Shown here: piece after piece, positions 37,824 through 51,153 of the stretch
Numbering within the stretch: the first letter of the stretch is position 1
Layout: every line of letters begins with the position of its first letter
Origin: Epiperipatus broadwayi
Taxonomy: Eukaryota; Animalia; Onychophora
DNA: 64,000 bases
Assembly: GCA_028023455.1 (NCBI GenBank)
Contig: JAQFVV010000004.1
Span: 2,976,001-3,040,000, forward strand
Direction of reading: 5' to 3'
Notes under the pieces: generated by a model
The model's database searches: none
The model's input: the letters and a program-made list of their open reading frames with translations, nothing else
Told to the model about the DNA's origin: nothing
Made by a program: the position numbers and the translations under genes

Positions 37824-40034
37824 GAGTGGGTACTAGATAGGGATTTTATGCACAAGCCTTCTGGCATCCATTGATTACTCTGGTTGGCACAAGGTCGCAC
37901 TACTATATGGAGAGTTTTCGCCTGTTTATTAACAGTTATGTGCTAGCATGAGATGGTGATAATGTGATGTTTAGTGGTATAACTACAGCATCGAAATTAT
38001 TAGATATTCAATTTTTATTGTATAAGCATTTACTTATTACTTTAAAAAAATAAATAATATGAATATTATAGAAACTATTAACTGTATTTTTTATAATTTT
38101 TATACAAAGTTTTGTAATTTATACTCAAGTTTTAATTACAAGCATAGGAATTTGTTTTTCCAATATAAAATTTTTCTAAAAAAAATTATATGCTTACATT
38201 ATGAAAAATATGATAGTTAAATATTAGATCTAATGTTTACTGTTAGCCCTTATTACTAAAATGACTTTGTAAAAAGAGCTATGATAGTATTCTGCATTTA
38301 TTTATTGTGTTAATTATTACTCGGAGTTCATAAAAATTTCAAGTACGTTCCATGGAACTTAAAAAATCTATCATTCCGGTTCAGCAGCCAAACTATGAAA
38401 TATATTACTAAAAACTTCATGTACATATATATGTATTTTATTTTGAAGGCATTCATATTAAAACTTTATTGCTCAATGTATTCGACAATATATGTAATAA
38501 GCAAGCATACTTATATATATAGACACACAGACATACACTGTCAGATTCACATTTATACGAGAATAATATTAATTCAACATCCAAATTACATAATATACAT
38601 TTTCATGAAAACTAATTTATTTCAGAAACGTTTTTAATCTATATTTGATTCATATATACTGCTTTTTAATTTGAAAGCAATAAATCAATATATGAGATCA
38701 TATCTAAGTTAATATGCTGTGAAATAATAGTAATAATAAAAAACTTCCAGTCAATAACAGAATTCAAAGGCAAACAACTCTCATTAAATAGTACTTAATT
38801 GGTAGGCGTGACAGTGGAAATTAATTAGGCTGGAATTGGAACATTTTTTTATAATATCAAATATCATTCTAGAAAATTAGAATCTTGAGAATTGATTGTG
38901 GCTGAGCCAGTCTTGTGGGACCTGAGAAAGCAATGTAGACAACATGAAAAGAGTTTTAAGTTGAAGGGTTATATATTTAATTATTTTCATCATCATCTTT
39001 TCTCAAATTTCATAAAACTATTATCTTTGAGTCCAAATCCTGTTAAGAGGCATTTCCCCAGACAATGTCTCTATAGCATTCTCTATGAAAGCAATATGAC
39101 CCACATTAAAATTTAATACTGTATTTTATCTATCTATTTTCAATGTTATTTATATAAGCTTTACTCAAAATCAAAACTTTATTTGGTTATATATGTTAAT
39201 GCTAAATTTATGGAAGGAATTAAAGAGAAATAAATTGAGTGTTGTTGATAAAGAGATAGTAGGGTAATTGTAATTAATAGAATAATCTGAAAAATTCTTC
39301 ATCACATTATTTATTGATTACAAACACAACAAATATCTCACATGCACTGTTATATATGTTGATTAAACAACAACAAAAGCAACTAAGTCCCAATAAACAT
39401 ACACAGCTAAAAATGATTGAAAATAATAAATTTATAATGGATTTATGAGAATATAATGAAATATGGTAGCTGTTAAAGTCTTAGTGGTGGCATTATATTT
39501 TGACAATTATCCTGTTGTAGATTTAGAATAAATATTACTAATAATACTAAATTATTTGTAAATGATAATAAGCTATGTTAATCTTCACATTATTACTGTG
39601 TGTTGTTATGCAAAATTTATCATTCTTATTATATTTATATTAAATCACCCCAAAATGGGATTATTTTCATATATATATAAAGCCTTATATATTACATACA
39701 ATCTGGTGGGATTCCATCTTTATTATTAAAAGAAGATTGCCTTGACAGCAGACTGAGATTGTTAATAGCTATTGATGTTGGGATTGTCTGTGCTGACTAA
39801 TTATATATATATATATATAATCCTTTTCATTCTTGTTTGTAATAAATTGGCCCAAATATTCTAATGTTATATGTAATAATTAATAAAAATAGTGATATAA
39901 TATATAATATTGTGGAAGGAAACTATTCTTCATATATGTGTTAAAAATTGATACACACTCTACCATCCATAAATGTTTTAAAAACATAGGTGAGACATTC
40001 ATGTTTACAGTTTATTCCTTAAATAAACTAACAT

Positions 40035-40325
40035 TAATTGATCATGCCTAAATTAGGCTTAAACATATATTATGAACCTGATTTTTAAATCAGCATATTT
40101 CTTGCACAAGTTCAGATCATATATTACAGTAAGGAGACGTTTCTCACTTTTAACTGCCTATAATTATATATATATATAATATTGCAAAAGGAAACCACAG
40201 TACCGTTATGCATTAGAAAATTGACACAATTATTAAACCAATATTTATTGGTCATGCCTAAATTTGGGCTTGACCATATTATGAGCCTGATTTTTAAATT
40301 GGCATATTACTTGCACAAGTTGATT
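40035..40325. repeat. Diverged ~85-bp direct duplication, ~212 bp apart
   Basis: tcatgcctaaatt..gctt...tattatga.cctgatttttaaat..gcatatt.cttgcacaagtt at ~40040 and ~40252. Confidence 0.8.
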
Positions 40326-41920
40326 TTATATAGTTAGATGTGTTCATTCTTTAAATCTCCATTTTGAATCTGTGCATGCCCAAAAATCATTTGCATACAC
40401 CATTCTAATTATAATCTTTAAATTTATAATTTTTCAATCATTCTTGTAAGTTATATATTTCTGTCTTTTCTAGTATAGTGTTTTAATACAAGCTGTTTCA
40501 TTGCCATAAAAATTAAATAAAACCAAAACTATTGCTTCCTTTACATTTCTATTTTTTAACTATTTGCATACATTTCTTGAATCTATTTTAACATCATACA
40601 CTCCAGAAATAAAACTTTCATATTCTCCTTTTCATCTTTGTATAAATCACAATTAAAACAAAATTGTCATCTCTTTATTGTCCCTGTTTCTATGAATCTG
40701 TCCTTGTATTAAAAATATAAAATAAAAAAAACAAGAATAAAAATAACCCTTCTAGTGTTATCATAAACTCTCACATTTCTTAGATTTCCCAATTCTTATG
40801 TAACTCTAAAGTGTTTTTATTCATATGAATTTTATATAATTCTATTTCTTTTTCTATCTTCAAATTATCTATTCTCTTTTTCCAACCTTCTTAACTATGC
40901 ATCTTATAGATATTTATCTTATTTCTTATACAAATCCATTAAAACAGATTGTCTATTAATTTCCACTGTGATTATTAACCTTTTTTCATAATTCAACTAA
41001 ATAGTATCATTATTAGTCTATTTCCATTCATAATCTTTTTCATATAAAAAAAATTCACCTATTCCTCTTGAATAGCTTCATTTGTTATATACAATTCATT
41101 AACCAATGCATATCTACTCGATGCAATGTAAAAGAATATTTTGTAATTAATTTCTGTGAAAGACCATATTCTCTGCATACATTTACTCTTATAGCCAAAA
41201 ATTGGATTTTTTAAAAAAAAGGAATCCACACTCAAGAAAGTTCGAGTTTGCTTTAGTTTCCTTCAGCATATATTTCTGATTAATTAATATTATTTTTTCT
41301 TATTATTAATAAAACATCAAAAATTAACTAGTGATCAATTCCAAAGAAGTTTTCTTTTTTTAAATAAATATAAAAAAATAAAAATAAAAAACTGTTCTAA
41401 TGACAATGCAGTTAAAATATAGATAGAATATCATTATTTTTGAAATCTTGGGTTCAAAATTGAGTTCAGATTTAGAAAAATTTAATACATGCACAAAAAT
41501 CACTCGAATACAAATATACTGAGAAAATTAAAAATATTTTTAAAAATTAAATATAATGCTTTAATGTAATTTAAATGCAACTTATTAGTGAATATTTTTT
41601 TAAAAAATGATTAAGTTAATATAAAATAAAATAAATAAATATAAATTCATTATTCGATTATGAAGAAATTTTAATATTGATAAGTTGTAAATGCATCGCC
41701 TGTAAGAAAAGTTGAGCTATTTTGTATATCATATAAGTGATGATTTATTGAATTAAAAACTTATTAGAAAATACATCTAATGCTTTTTAACACCTCCATG
41801 GACTAACTCCTTCCACTTTTCTTTAAAAGTCATACTCATAGTTTTGCTTATATCTGCAACATCTTATTATTATAATTAAACATTTATTCTATATCATGTT
41901 TTTATAAACTTTACATTATA

Positions 41921-42814
41921 AGGGGTGATCCCAAAATATTGGAAATTTTGTATTAAAGAAATGTATATTTAATTTTAGGTGTTGCAAATTGATTTCGCTT
42001 TTAATGTATAGTCTATTTAATGCAATGCATTGTTTAAATGTGTTTTTAACTTTTCATTGTAGTCAGGAAACTCTTGCAAAATGATGCTATTTCATGTCTC
42101 CTTACTTTTTTCTTCATCACCTCTAAGTCCACAAAAAAAAAAGAGAGAGACATTTTTTCAATTGAAAGAATGTCACAAAGAGTGAGAATTGAGTGAATAT
42201 GGCTGATGGTTAATGTGGACCATGCTGAATTTAATTAAAAATTGTTTTACACTCAAGGCTTTGTTGACTAGTGTGCTGTCATGATAAAGTTTGCACTCCT
42301 CATTTTACCATAAATGGGACATTTACGGTTACCGCATCACACAAGTTTCAGAACTTGAGGGTTTTAAATGCCTGATCATTATGAACAAATTCTGAGTGAA
42401 TAATGGTGCTTTCATCTAAAAAGCAACATTATCTTGACATTGGACTTTCAGTTGCCATACTGTTTTTGGGATGTGAGGAATTTGCACTTCTAATATACTA
42501 CTTGTAAAGTTGTGGTTTTCTCTGAGAAACTTGCATATAAGCTGTTTCAAGCATTACAATGGTTTTCCTCATGATTTTCCTTAAAAGAAACCAGAATTTC
42601 AGTGTTCCAACTTTTCAGTCATAAGAAAAATTGACAAATATGGGAAATGCACTTTACAAAAAAAAAGGTCTTATGTGGCAACCAGTTTTCATGTGATTTC
42701 ATTTGGCTGACTGATGTGGAAGAGTCCCTGCAATAGATATCTAGAAGGAGAAGCATGTAATATAAAAAGGCATCTATCAAAGACCAATTTCAGTTATTTT
42801 TGCATCCCCACTCA
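41921..42814 (-). mobile_element. Degenerate mariner transposon relic, copy 2
   Basis: Decayed TIRs (ta|aggggtgatcccaaaatattggaaatt ... aatttcagttatttttgcatccccactc|ata). Minus-strand HQPYSL remnant of the HPPYSPDL motif near 42190-42215. Collinear with 29290-29995. Confidence 0.7.
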
Positions 42815-43260
42815 TATTTGTTACAAATCTAAGTTTACAAATAAAAACATTTTAAAAGATAATATTTGAACTTTGCAAACATAAAAAAATATGTCCTAAA
42901 ATAAAATATATCATGAGATGAATAAATTTTCTTATTGAGTTATTGCCACATTTTTGATTAAAAAATATAGAATAAATTATTTAATTATTAGAATTTCATT
43001 TTTAAAATCAGAATGAATTATTGTTTTAGAATTCAAAATTGCACTTACTCTGCACTGACATTTATGGAAGTATTTCTTTTCAGTGAATCAATCACAATTT
43101 CCACCTTATCTAATTATCATTTATTTTACATGTCTTCTTAAAATCAAGCATTTTCAAATAAAATGTAATTATAATGACATATTTTTTTGGGGGTTAAAAT
43201 AAATATTTTACAAATATTTTGTATAAATAAGCATAAATATATAAATAAATTGCAGAAAAT

Positions 43261-43373
43261 TGTAAGTGTTGTTAGCTGAGAGGTCAGCACAGCTGCCTTA
43301 TGAGCAAGCAGTTGTTTGCAGACAGTTGCTGTGGGTTCGCCTCCCTGCCGATGCTATGACATATGAAAAAAAA
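43261..43373 (+). mobile_element. tRNA-derived SINE (expanded-arm subfamily)
   Basis: gtgttgttagctgagaggtcagcacagctgcc...gtgggttcgcctccctgccgatgctatgacatatg + A-tail. It sits inside a segment (43140-43530) homologous to 47590-47870, which lacks it. Confidence 0.88.
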
Positions 43374-44685
43374 GTAGCTAAAGTACAAAAGCTCACTGTG
43401 AAAATTGAGAACAAAAAATCTACCAATTGTTGGTTTCTTAGTATTATGATGCTATCAATCAATGATGTTCAATTTCACTGAATTTCTGATATATGTATAT
43501 AATACTGACATCTTCAGATTTTTTTTAAAAAACTCATAAATTTTAGTGTTTGCTTGAAAGTTTGTGGTGATGATGTTTTATTTTATATGTTTGACTATTT
43601 TTATAATCTAATATTAAATATTGAATGTCTTTAGAAATGTTTAAAATTGTTTTATTTAAATTTTTCAATTACATCCAACATTAGTAATAGTACACTGGTT
43701 GGTATATATCTAAGGTTTAAAATGGTATTATTGTCCTCTCTTCTTCAGATGACAAGTGGAAATACTAGCATTAAAATTGAATCTGGATCTTTTCAGAATA
43801 GCTCAGTTGTTCTGAAAAGAATCAGGTTCACTGATGAGGCCAGGTACAGCTAGAGAAGAGGAAAATAATACCATTCAAAATGTTGGACTAATCTGTGTGC
43901 TAGTAAACAGTTGAATGTAATTGGAAAATTTAAATAAAGTTTAATATTTTTTAAAGACATTCAATACGTAATTTTAGATAATAATAAAAGTCCAATTTAT
44001 AAATATAAATTTTAATTTCAATTTCTATCATTAATGAAATGATCATTTCATGAAAATGCTTTTTATGTTGATATTTTCATGATAAAAGTTTAACACAAAA
44101 ATTTTTTGACTATATGTTTTCTTAAAGTGCTGAAAATAAATTATGCATAAACTGTCATGACTTTTAATAACTCAACTTTTTGTGAAACAGAACTACTTTG
44201 AATTAGTGATATATCCTTGAATAGTCATTAATCAGTCACCATTTTTTAAAATAAATTTTTAGCATAGAATCACATCATTATAAAAGTGTGTGTGTGAAGA
44301 ATATAATATTATTTGACTGCATTGTTATATCAAATGTCTGATAGAACTTTGCACTAACATAAAAAAAAAAAATCACATTTAACCAATTTTTTTTTCTAAA
44401 ATTACTATTAAAAAAAGTTGGACTTCATGAGCTTAGCAGTATCTCTGCTGATTTTCTTATGTTTCTTCAAGCATTATGATGGTGTGAAATTGCTATATTT
44501 TCTGCATTTTAAGCCTATCTATAACCTTATATTATGGTGTGCAATGGTTTGTAGCTTTCCTTTTCCCTGCTGCTGCAATTTTAATTTTTTTTTTAAAAAA
44601 ACCTGAAGATGTTAATACTATATGAACAATCTTTTCATGATTGACAGTACTTCATTGTTATGATAGATATGAAAGATGTACATAT

Positions 44686-44756
44686 TTTCTGATTGGCTGA
44701 TTGTTTTAATTTCTGATTGGCTGATTGTTATAATTTCTGATTGGGTGATTGTTTTA
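44686..44756. repeat. 3 x 24-bp tandem repeat, each unit with a reverse CCAAT box
   Basis: tttCTGATTGG(c/g)tgattgtt.taa starts at 44686, 44710 and 44734. Confidence 0.85.
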
Positions 44757-45427
44757 GCCTCAGACCAAATTAGTCAATATTATAGATTTGTAAAAAAAAA
44801 AATGTAATTAGTTTACAAATTAATGATTATGATGCAATCTTTTTGTAAAAGATTTATTTTTAAACCAAAAACTACATCATTTATAGGAGATTGTCTTTGA
44901 AAATTATTTATTTTTAAAAAGTCAACTCTCTTACAAAGTTCATTATGGTAACCAGAAACAGCTTATATTGGTAAAAAGAAATAGCTTTTGTCAAAACAGC
45001 AAATATAATACTCTTTAAAATTTTAATGACAAAAAATAATTTACCAATTTATAAATTTTTTTCTTCCTTTTTAAAGGATAACTGATCCTAAATATATCAT
45101 TCATAAAATTCAAATATCTAATATTTCATTCTTCTTTTTGAATAGGTACATCACATCTAAGGGCGGCATGCTTATTATTATAGGTAATACTTCATTTAGA
45201 TATTTAATTTTATATTTTTAAAATGTCAAATATTATTTTTTTCAATTGAAATATCTTTTAAAATACAAATTAAGTATATAACATATAGAAAAAAGGTTTA
45301 AATATAAAAATAAAATATCAATCATAGAAAAATATTTAATGAAATATTAGCTAGGTACTATTCAAAAAATTGACAGGTGGAGCTATGCATGAAATGGATA
45401 AAAAGTTGGAAATTTTATATACTTTAA

Positions 45428-46167
45428 CCCTTTTCCCGCCTCTTACGAGGCTCCTCGTCGACATCTGATGTCACTCTAACTCTGCCAGTTCTTATGCTAA
45501 AATATTCGTTTGACAGGTTTTGATTAGGTTTTTAAAAGTTCTGTAAGATGGTGCCCTCTTCCGAATTATTTTACAAGTAAAAAAAAAACGCATTTAAACC
45601 TAAACAAAGAAAGAACATTAGTTGTGATTGGTTGTTACGGTGCTCTCAGCTGAAAAAGACATTCTGATTGGCTGGAAAGAACAAAGAAACCGCCTGATCA
45701 AAGAAAATAAAGAAAAACGCTGAGATTTTCATTTCAAATATGATTTAAAGTATTATAAAATTATATTTATGGAAATTACAAATTATTTTCAGAGAGAATA
45801 ATAAAAAAACAAAATTATTTTCGAAAAATATTGAAGATTTTAGTAAAAATATTTAAGATTTAGTAAAAAGAAATATTTACTTTTCTATAACGTAAAAGTC
45901 GACCTTTTTGTTTATATTATAGCTTTTATGTTGCCGAAATTGAATATTTTAGAATAAATAAATAGCAATTTATTTTTGAAAGAACTTTCGTTCTCTTCAT
46001 AACCTGAAAAATTAGTAATAGACTTTTTATAAATGTATCTGAGTTGAATTTAATATTATAGGCGAATATGTTTTAACAATAGGCTTTGTCTTCAGTTTGT
46101 GAGTTGGCCAATTAAAAGATTTGATTTTTACCTCATACAACCAATAATATAATTAGCGGTTAAAAGG
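45428..46167. mobile_element. Non-autonomous piggyBac-like element, copy 2
   Basis: TTAA|CCCTTT ... AAAAGG|TTAA (TTAA at 45424-45427 and 46168-46171). Homologous to 22184-22948. No ORF. Confidence 0.9.
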
Positions 46168-47166
46168 TTAAAACTATAAAAATGTGTTATAGGTATTAAA
46201 TTCTGACAACATGCTTTTTCTTTTAATCTTCACTGAAGTAATAATGTAGTTATCTAATATTAGATGTTGCAGACATATTGCATTTCATTTATTATTGAAA
46301 ACAAATTTTTAGTATAGAATAATAAATTTTTAATTTTGGACTGCTTATGTCAGATGGAAAGTTCAGATAATGTAAGGATTAATTTAACTATTTTTATAAA
46401 AATATATTATGGACACTAAACTCTGATCGTATAAGTTTACATTTAACCTCTAAAAGAATACAAATCGAACAAATCTATTTGTTTTATGTGTTATTTAAAA
46501 TAAACTTTCAGTATGAAGTCACTTTTCTTTACATTTAAAAAATACTGTATTGAACGATGGAAATTTGACATTGTTTAAAAATTGATAAACTTTTTTAAAA
46601 AAAGTGTATTATGGATATTAAACTCTAGCGATATGATTTTCCTTTATTAATTTTAGATAAAGTAATAATAATATGCTGTTGGCAAATGACATCATAGTTT
46701 TTCTATTTTATTTTTTTAAATAATGAAAATTAATTTCTAACATACAATTGCAATTTCTTATAATGTAAAAATGGAGACTCAATGTGTAATGGATGTATTT
46801 AAGTAGCATTTAGATTTTAACCCAGTTTTTTTTAATTATTAATGCATGTATTATGAAATTTGTAGCCTTTGGCATATATTTGTAATGCCATGTTAACTGA
46901 CCTAAAGAGTTGAGAAAATAAAAAAAATTCAAATTCATGCAGTTCATATTACTTTACCCATACACTAACAACTTCTCCCAGTCTTTTAATAAAAGAACCA
47001 TTGGCAGTTTCAGCCATATGTGCAACATTTTATTTTTACAATTAAATCGTTATTCTATATTATATTTTGATAATTGTTACAGATATGAGTTTCAAATAAA
47101 AGACATTCTAAACACTAATATTTGAACTATACAAAATAGAAAAATAAAATACTATAAAGTGAATAC

Positions 47167-47416
47167 ATAACAACAACAACAACAACAATAATAATAATAA
47201 TAATAATAATAATCTTCACATATTTTTAAAAATATTGAATGAATTATTTATTTCAATTCCATTAGTTAATCCAATATAAATCAACAAAAATATATTTAGC
47301 CGAAAAAGGCTTTTATATATATATAATTATGTTTATAAGTTATTATAATATAATAAAGATTTATATTATATTTTATTGATTTTAAAACTAATAAAATAAT
47401 AATAATAATAATAATA

Positions 47417-47461
<45 letters not shown>

Positions 47462-47475
47462 TTTTTTTTTTTTTT
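47167..47475. repeat. Trinucleotide microsatellites: (CAA)n(TAA)n at 47167-47212 and (AAT)n(TAT)n + poly-T at ~47396-47475
   Basis: Directly visible. Confidence 0.95.
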
Positions 47476-48843
47476 ATTATTAAAATTTTACAAAAAAAAA
47501 ATTCAGTATTTATGAAAACATTTCTTTTCAGCAAATAATAATACTTCCACTTTACAATAACTACAGGTTTTAATGATTTTTTTTTTAAAAAAAAAACATT
47601 TTCAAATAAAATGTTGTATTTGCTATCACATATTTTTTGATTTAAATAAATATTTTACAAATATGTTGCATAATTAAGCATAAATGTGCAAAAAGTACCC
47701 TCCCCTTCCATAATAATAAGAGGATAAGCATTCTTTCAAAAGCCCAAGGTCAAATAATCTGGCAATCAGGGTATTGCCAATTTCTTTGTTTATGATATTA
47801 TCAACCATAGCATTGAGAATTTGGAAATTTGTTTATCACAATACTGACATCATCAGATTTTTTTCAATTAATAATTTTAGTTCCAACGTCTACCACATAC
47901 ACATATACAAAGCAAACTGGCAAAATAATGTTCCAGGTAATTGAATAAGAATATAGATAGAAGTGATAGCAGTGTCACCACAATGCCTAAATTGTGTGGC
48001 TTAGTCACTGCTTGTTAGAAAAGAATTAAAATAAAAACAACCAGTCATTATTATTTGGCTCTTTCATATGGAATCTATCGATAACTCATCCTTAGAGAGA
48101 TAGATCAAGAATGAAGAGAACGATTCTACTTCTAGTTGTACATTGAAAAAGTCATATGACATTGTAATTTAAATTGCTGGATATTGCCTGATCAATAATA
48201 CATTCACAATTTTCTTAAATATTATAAGGATAATTGTATAATAAAATTGTACACAATGTGGTCATGGCATACAAAGGTAACATAAATTAATCTTGACTTA
48301 AATCAATATTTCAGAATTAAGTGCAAGTATTGTTTTAAATATATACATGATTAAATTCATTTATTTTATCTTTACTTTTTGCATCCAAATTATCATTCCT
48401 TTTCAGTTGAGAATAAAAAAATGCTATTTTAATCAAATCATAGTAATATTTTTAGGATTATTTATATTTTATCTTATCTGCATTCATAATTGTCAATAAA
48501 ATAATTTTTAACAATAAAATTCCGCAGACAGAATTCTAATTGGCTTATTAGAGATTGCATTATGTGATATGTAGCTCAGTTCATAGCATAAGAATAGAAT
48601 ATTATAAAATATATATCTGCCATGTTTCAATCAAATTTTTTTTCATCGCCCAATATTTTTATTACATTACTATTTAATTATTTTAAACCATCAAACATCA
48701 CATGATCACCATCTCTATACTAGCACATAATTTGTTGTAAACAAAGGCAAAACTCCCCATACAGTAGTGCCACCCTGTGCCAAACAGAGTAATCAATGGA
48801 TGCCAGAAGGCTTGTGCATAAAATCCCTATCTAGTGCCTACTC

Positions 48844-48891
48844 ATCCAATATCCCCAGACTAGTTTCTGGCTTGTGGCCATCATCAGTGAG
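48844..48891 (-). ncRNA. Minimal type-I hammerhead motif (minus strand, core intact)
   Basis: Reverse complement reads ctca-CTGATGA-TGGCcacaaGCCA-GAAA-CTAG-TC^-tggggatattggat. Confidence 0.8.
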
Positions 48892-48950
48892 TTAAAAGGT
48901 GGCTGCTGGAGGGTTGCATTAGATCCTAAGATCTAGGTGCAGTGCTCTCA

Positions 48951-49010
48951 GATCCAAGGCTCCTCACTGATGATGGCCACAAGCCAGAAACTAGTCTGGG
49001 GATATTGAAT
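48951..49010 (+). ncRNA. Minimal type-I hammerhead motif, most complete copy
   Basis: atccaa-ggc-TCCTCA-CTGATGA(48967-73)-TGGC-cacaa-GCCA-GAAA(48987-90)-CTAG-TC^(48996)-TGGGGA-ta-ttgaat. It has a 4-bp stem II and a bulged, extended stem I. Confidence 0.88.
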
Positions 49011-51153
49011 GAGTAGGCACTAGATAGGGATTTTATGCACAAGCCTTCTGGCATCCATTGATTACTCTGTTTGGCACAGGGTGGCACTACTGTATGGGGA
49101 GTTTTGCCTTTGTTTATTTAATTATTTTATTATTATATTTCAAAAGTAATAAATTATGTTACATTAACCCGATTTTCTAATGTTTTAATAATATAAATTA
49201 AAAGTATATAAATGCGCTCATTTGACATCCACATATACATTTTAATTATTTTGGATTTAATTTTATTGTTTTACCATTTTATTTTATTAATGTTTTATAA
49301 AATGTAATTCTTATAGTTTCCTCAATTCTAATCAATTTGTATTTACCAATATACTTTATCTCATAATTAAATTTTATTTCTTAATCCTGCTATATTTGAG
49401 GACATCTTATAAATTTGAAGTTAAAGAAAGTTATCAAATGCAACGATTTAATTTTTTTTTAAAAATATTAACATTTATTTTACTTTATAGTTTTATAAAT
49501 AAGATTGCAACAAGAAATTTATTAATTATTTCATAATTAACTTTCACAATCCTTTATATTTTAATAGAAAGTAAAGAAATCTATTTTATTGGCTTTTAAT
49601 AAAATAAAATAAATTTTTAGTCATATACAGTTAAATTAACTTTTACAAATTAATTAAGCTTTAAAGTTATGTCTGGTTAATGCTTTGTTCCATTATGACT
49701 CTAATAACTTAAAGATGTCCATAATCACCAGTCATGCTAAATTGATTTGATGGAAACAAGTCCTGAAAAGTACAAAGTGCTAATGAATTGCTTTAATCTT
49801 CGAAGTGCTCACAGATAGCCCTTATAAAAAGTCATCCCGTATTAATATTTAAAAAAAAAAAAAAAAGTCGTAGGATTAATTCATTTTGTAGATTTCTATT
49901 CTCTATTTATTATGCAAAAATGAATCCCATTTTATCATCTACAAATAGCAGCTTCAAAAGATAAAGCGCTTGCATATGAGATGGTAGTAAATTTACACAC
50001 ATTTCATTAAAATTTAAAATACCGTTAATTATAATATTTATATAAGTACCAGAGAAAATGGTAAATTTATTGAAATTTAATACTTACGTAAATTTAAAAT
50101 TTATAATAATTTTAATAACTGAAATATAAAAAAATTTTTTTAAAAAATCTATTAAACTTCTGGTTATAAAATTAATTGAAAAAATAATATTGTTTAGATA
50201 ATAATAAAATGAACAATATTTAAATGAAAATCCTTTTGGATTCGAAGAGGTATAGTTTCTGAACAGCTGCTGTTCAATCAACTGTCACTTCTCGCGTTCG
50301 AACTTCAGATTACCTTCTATGCAAAAAACAACTTAATTTTTTTTTTTTTGCTAGTATATCATTAAATTAACAGGTAATCTTATATCAATACTTTAGAAAA
50401 GTTCACACACACGCACAAATGAAAATCAAACATGGCACAACAATAATAATAATTTAATTAAATAATAAACTATCGAAACTTATACCCTACAGATTAATTT
50501 GTAGAAAATCATATATATATGTCTGTTGCAAATCAAAATTCTTAAATCAATATTTAGCAATGGAATGAGTTTAAATACAAATAAACGTATCGTATATTAA
50601 AATTGGAAATTCAATGATTTTAGAATACTTTTAAATAAACTAAACATTTTACCTATAGGGGACGCTGACTTATTAAAAACGTAATCTTGATATATTACGG
50701 TGTTAAAGATCTAAAAATTTGAGAAATAAGTAACCATGTTCACCACAAATGGGACTTATACAATTTGAATTTCAACCAGGATAATGAGCTGCGGTATCCG
50801 TAAATCCAATTTCTATTTCAAGCATTATTTTATTTCACATTTGTCAAAAGATAATTTGTTTATGCTACATATATAAACATTTATTTTGTTGAAGTATTTC
50901 AGAATGTAAAAGTTTTTTGCTGGAGAAATTAAGAGACAGCTCCGTAAAATATTAAGTAAATAGAAAAATGAACCGGTCTATTTTATATATGGACATACTT
51001 GTGATTCACAAATTGTTTTGTATTATCATTACAAGACTGATTTTAAGGATAGTTCTTGGGGGGGGGGGGAGGATTAGAATAGCCATATGCATGTGCAAGT
51101 GGCTGTTTATTATTATATATTTTTTTATAAATGCAAAAATGGTATGTTGGATT

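Larger units (their letters stand above)
37616..37978. mobile_element. Hammerhead-bearing repeat, locus G (fold-back with two cores)
   Basis: Minus-strand core tcatcag at 37756-37762 and plus-strand core ctgatga at 37780-37786. 12-bp TSD ataactacagca at 37604-37615 and 37979-37990. Confidence 0.95.
48686..49114. mobile_element. Hammerhead-bearing repeat, locus H (young fold-back with two intact cores)
   Basis: Antisense arm 48686-48891, sense arm 48892-49114. 15-bp TSD tatttaattatttta at 48671-48685 and 49115-49129. The arms are almost identical over the shared part. Confidence 0.96.

Noticed and set aside
28163-37900. Recurrent peptide (QSNQWMPEGLCIKSLS) in ORFs at 28163, 32222, 36243 and 37706
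   Set aside because: It is the antisense translation of the hammerhead repeat; frames start and stop at different places in each copy.
40340-41100. Possible LINE relic (purine-rich minus strand)
   Set aside because: It is compositionally suggestive only; I could not recover a diagnostic protein motif.
43825-43870. ttcactgatgaggcc as another hammerhead
   Set aside because: No stem II-GAAA-stem III-UH arrangement follows the CTGATGA, so it is likely a chance 7-mer.
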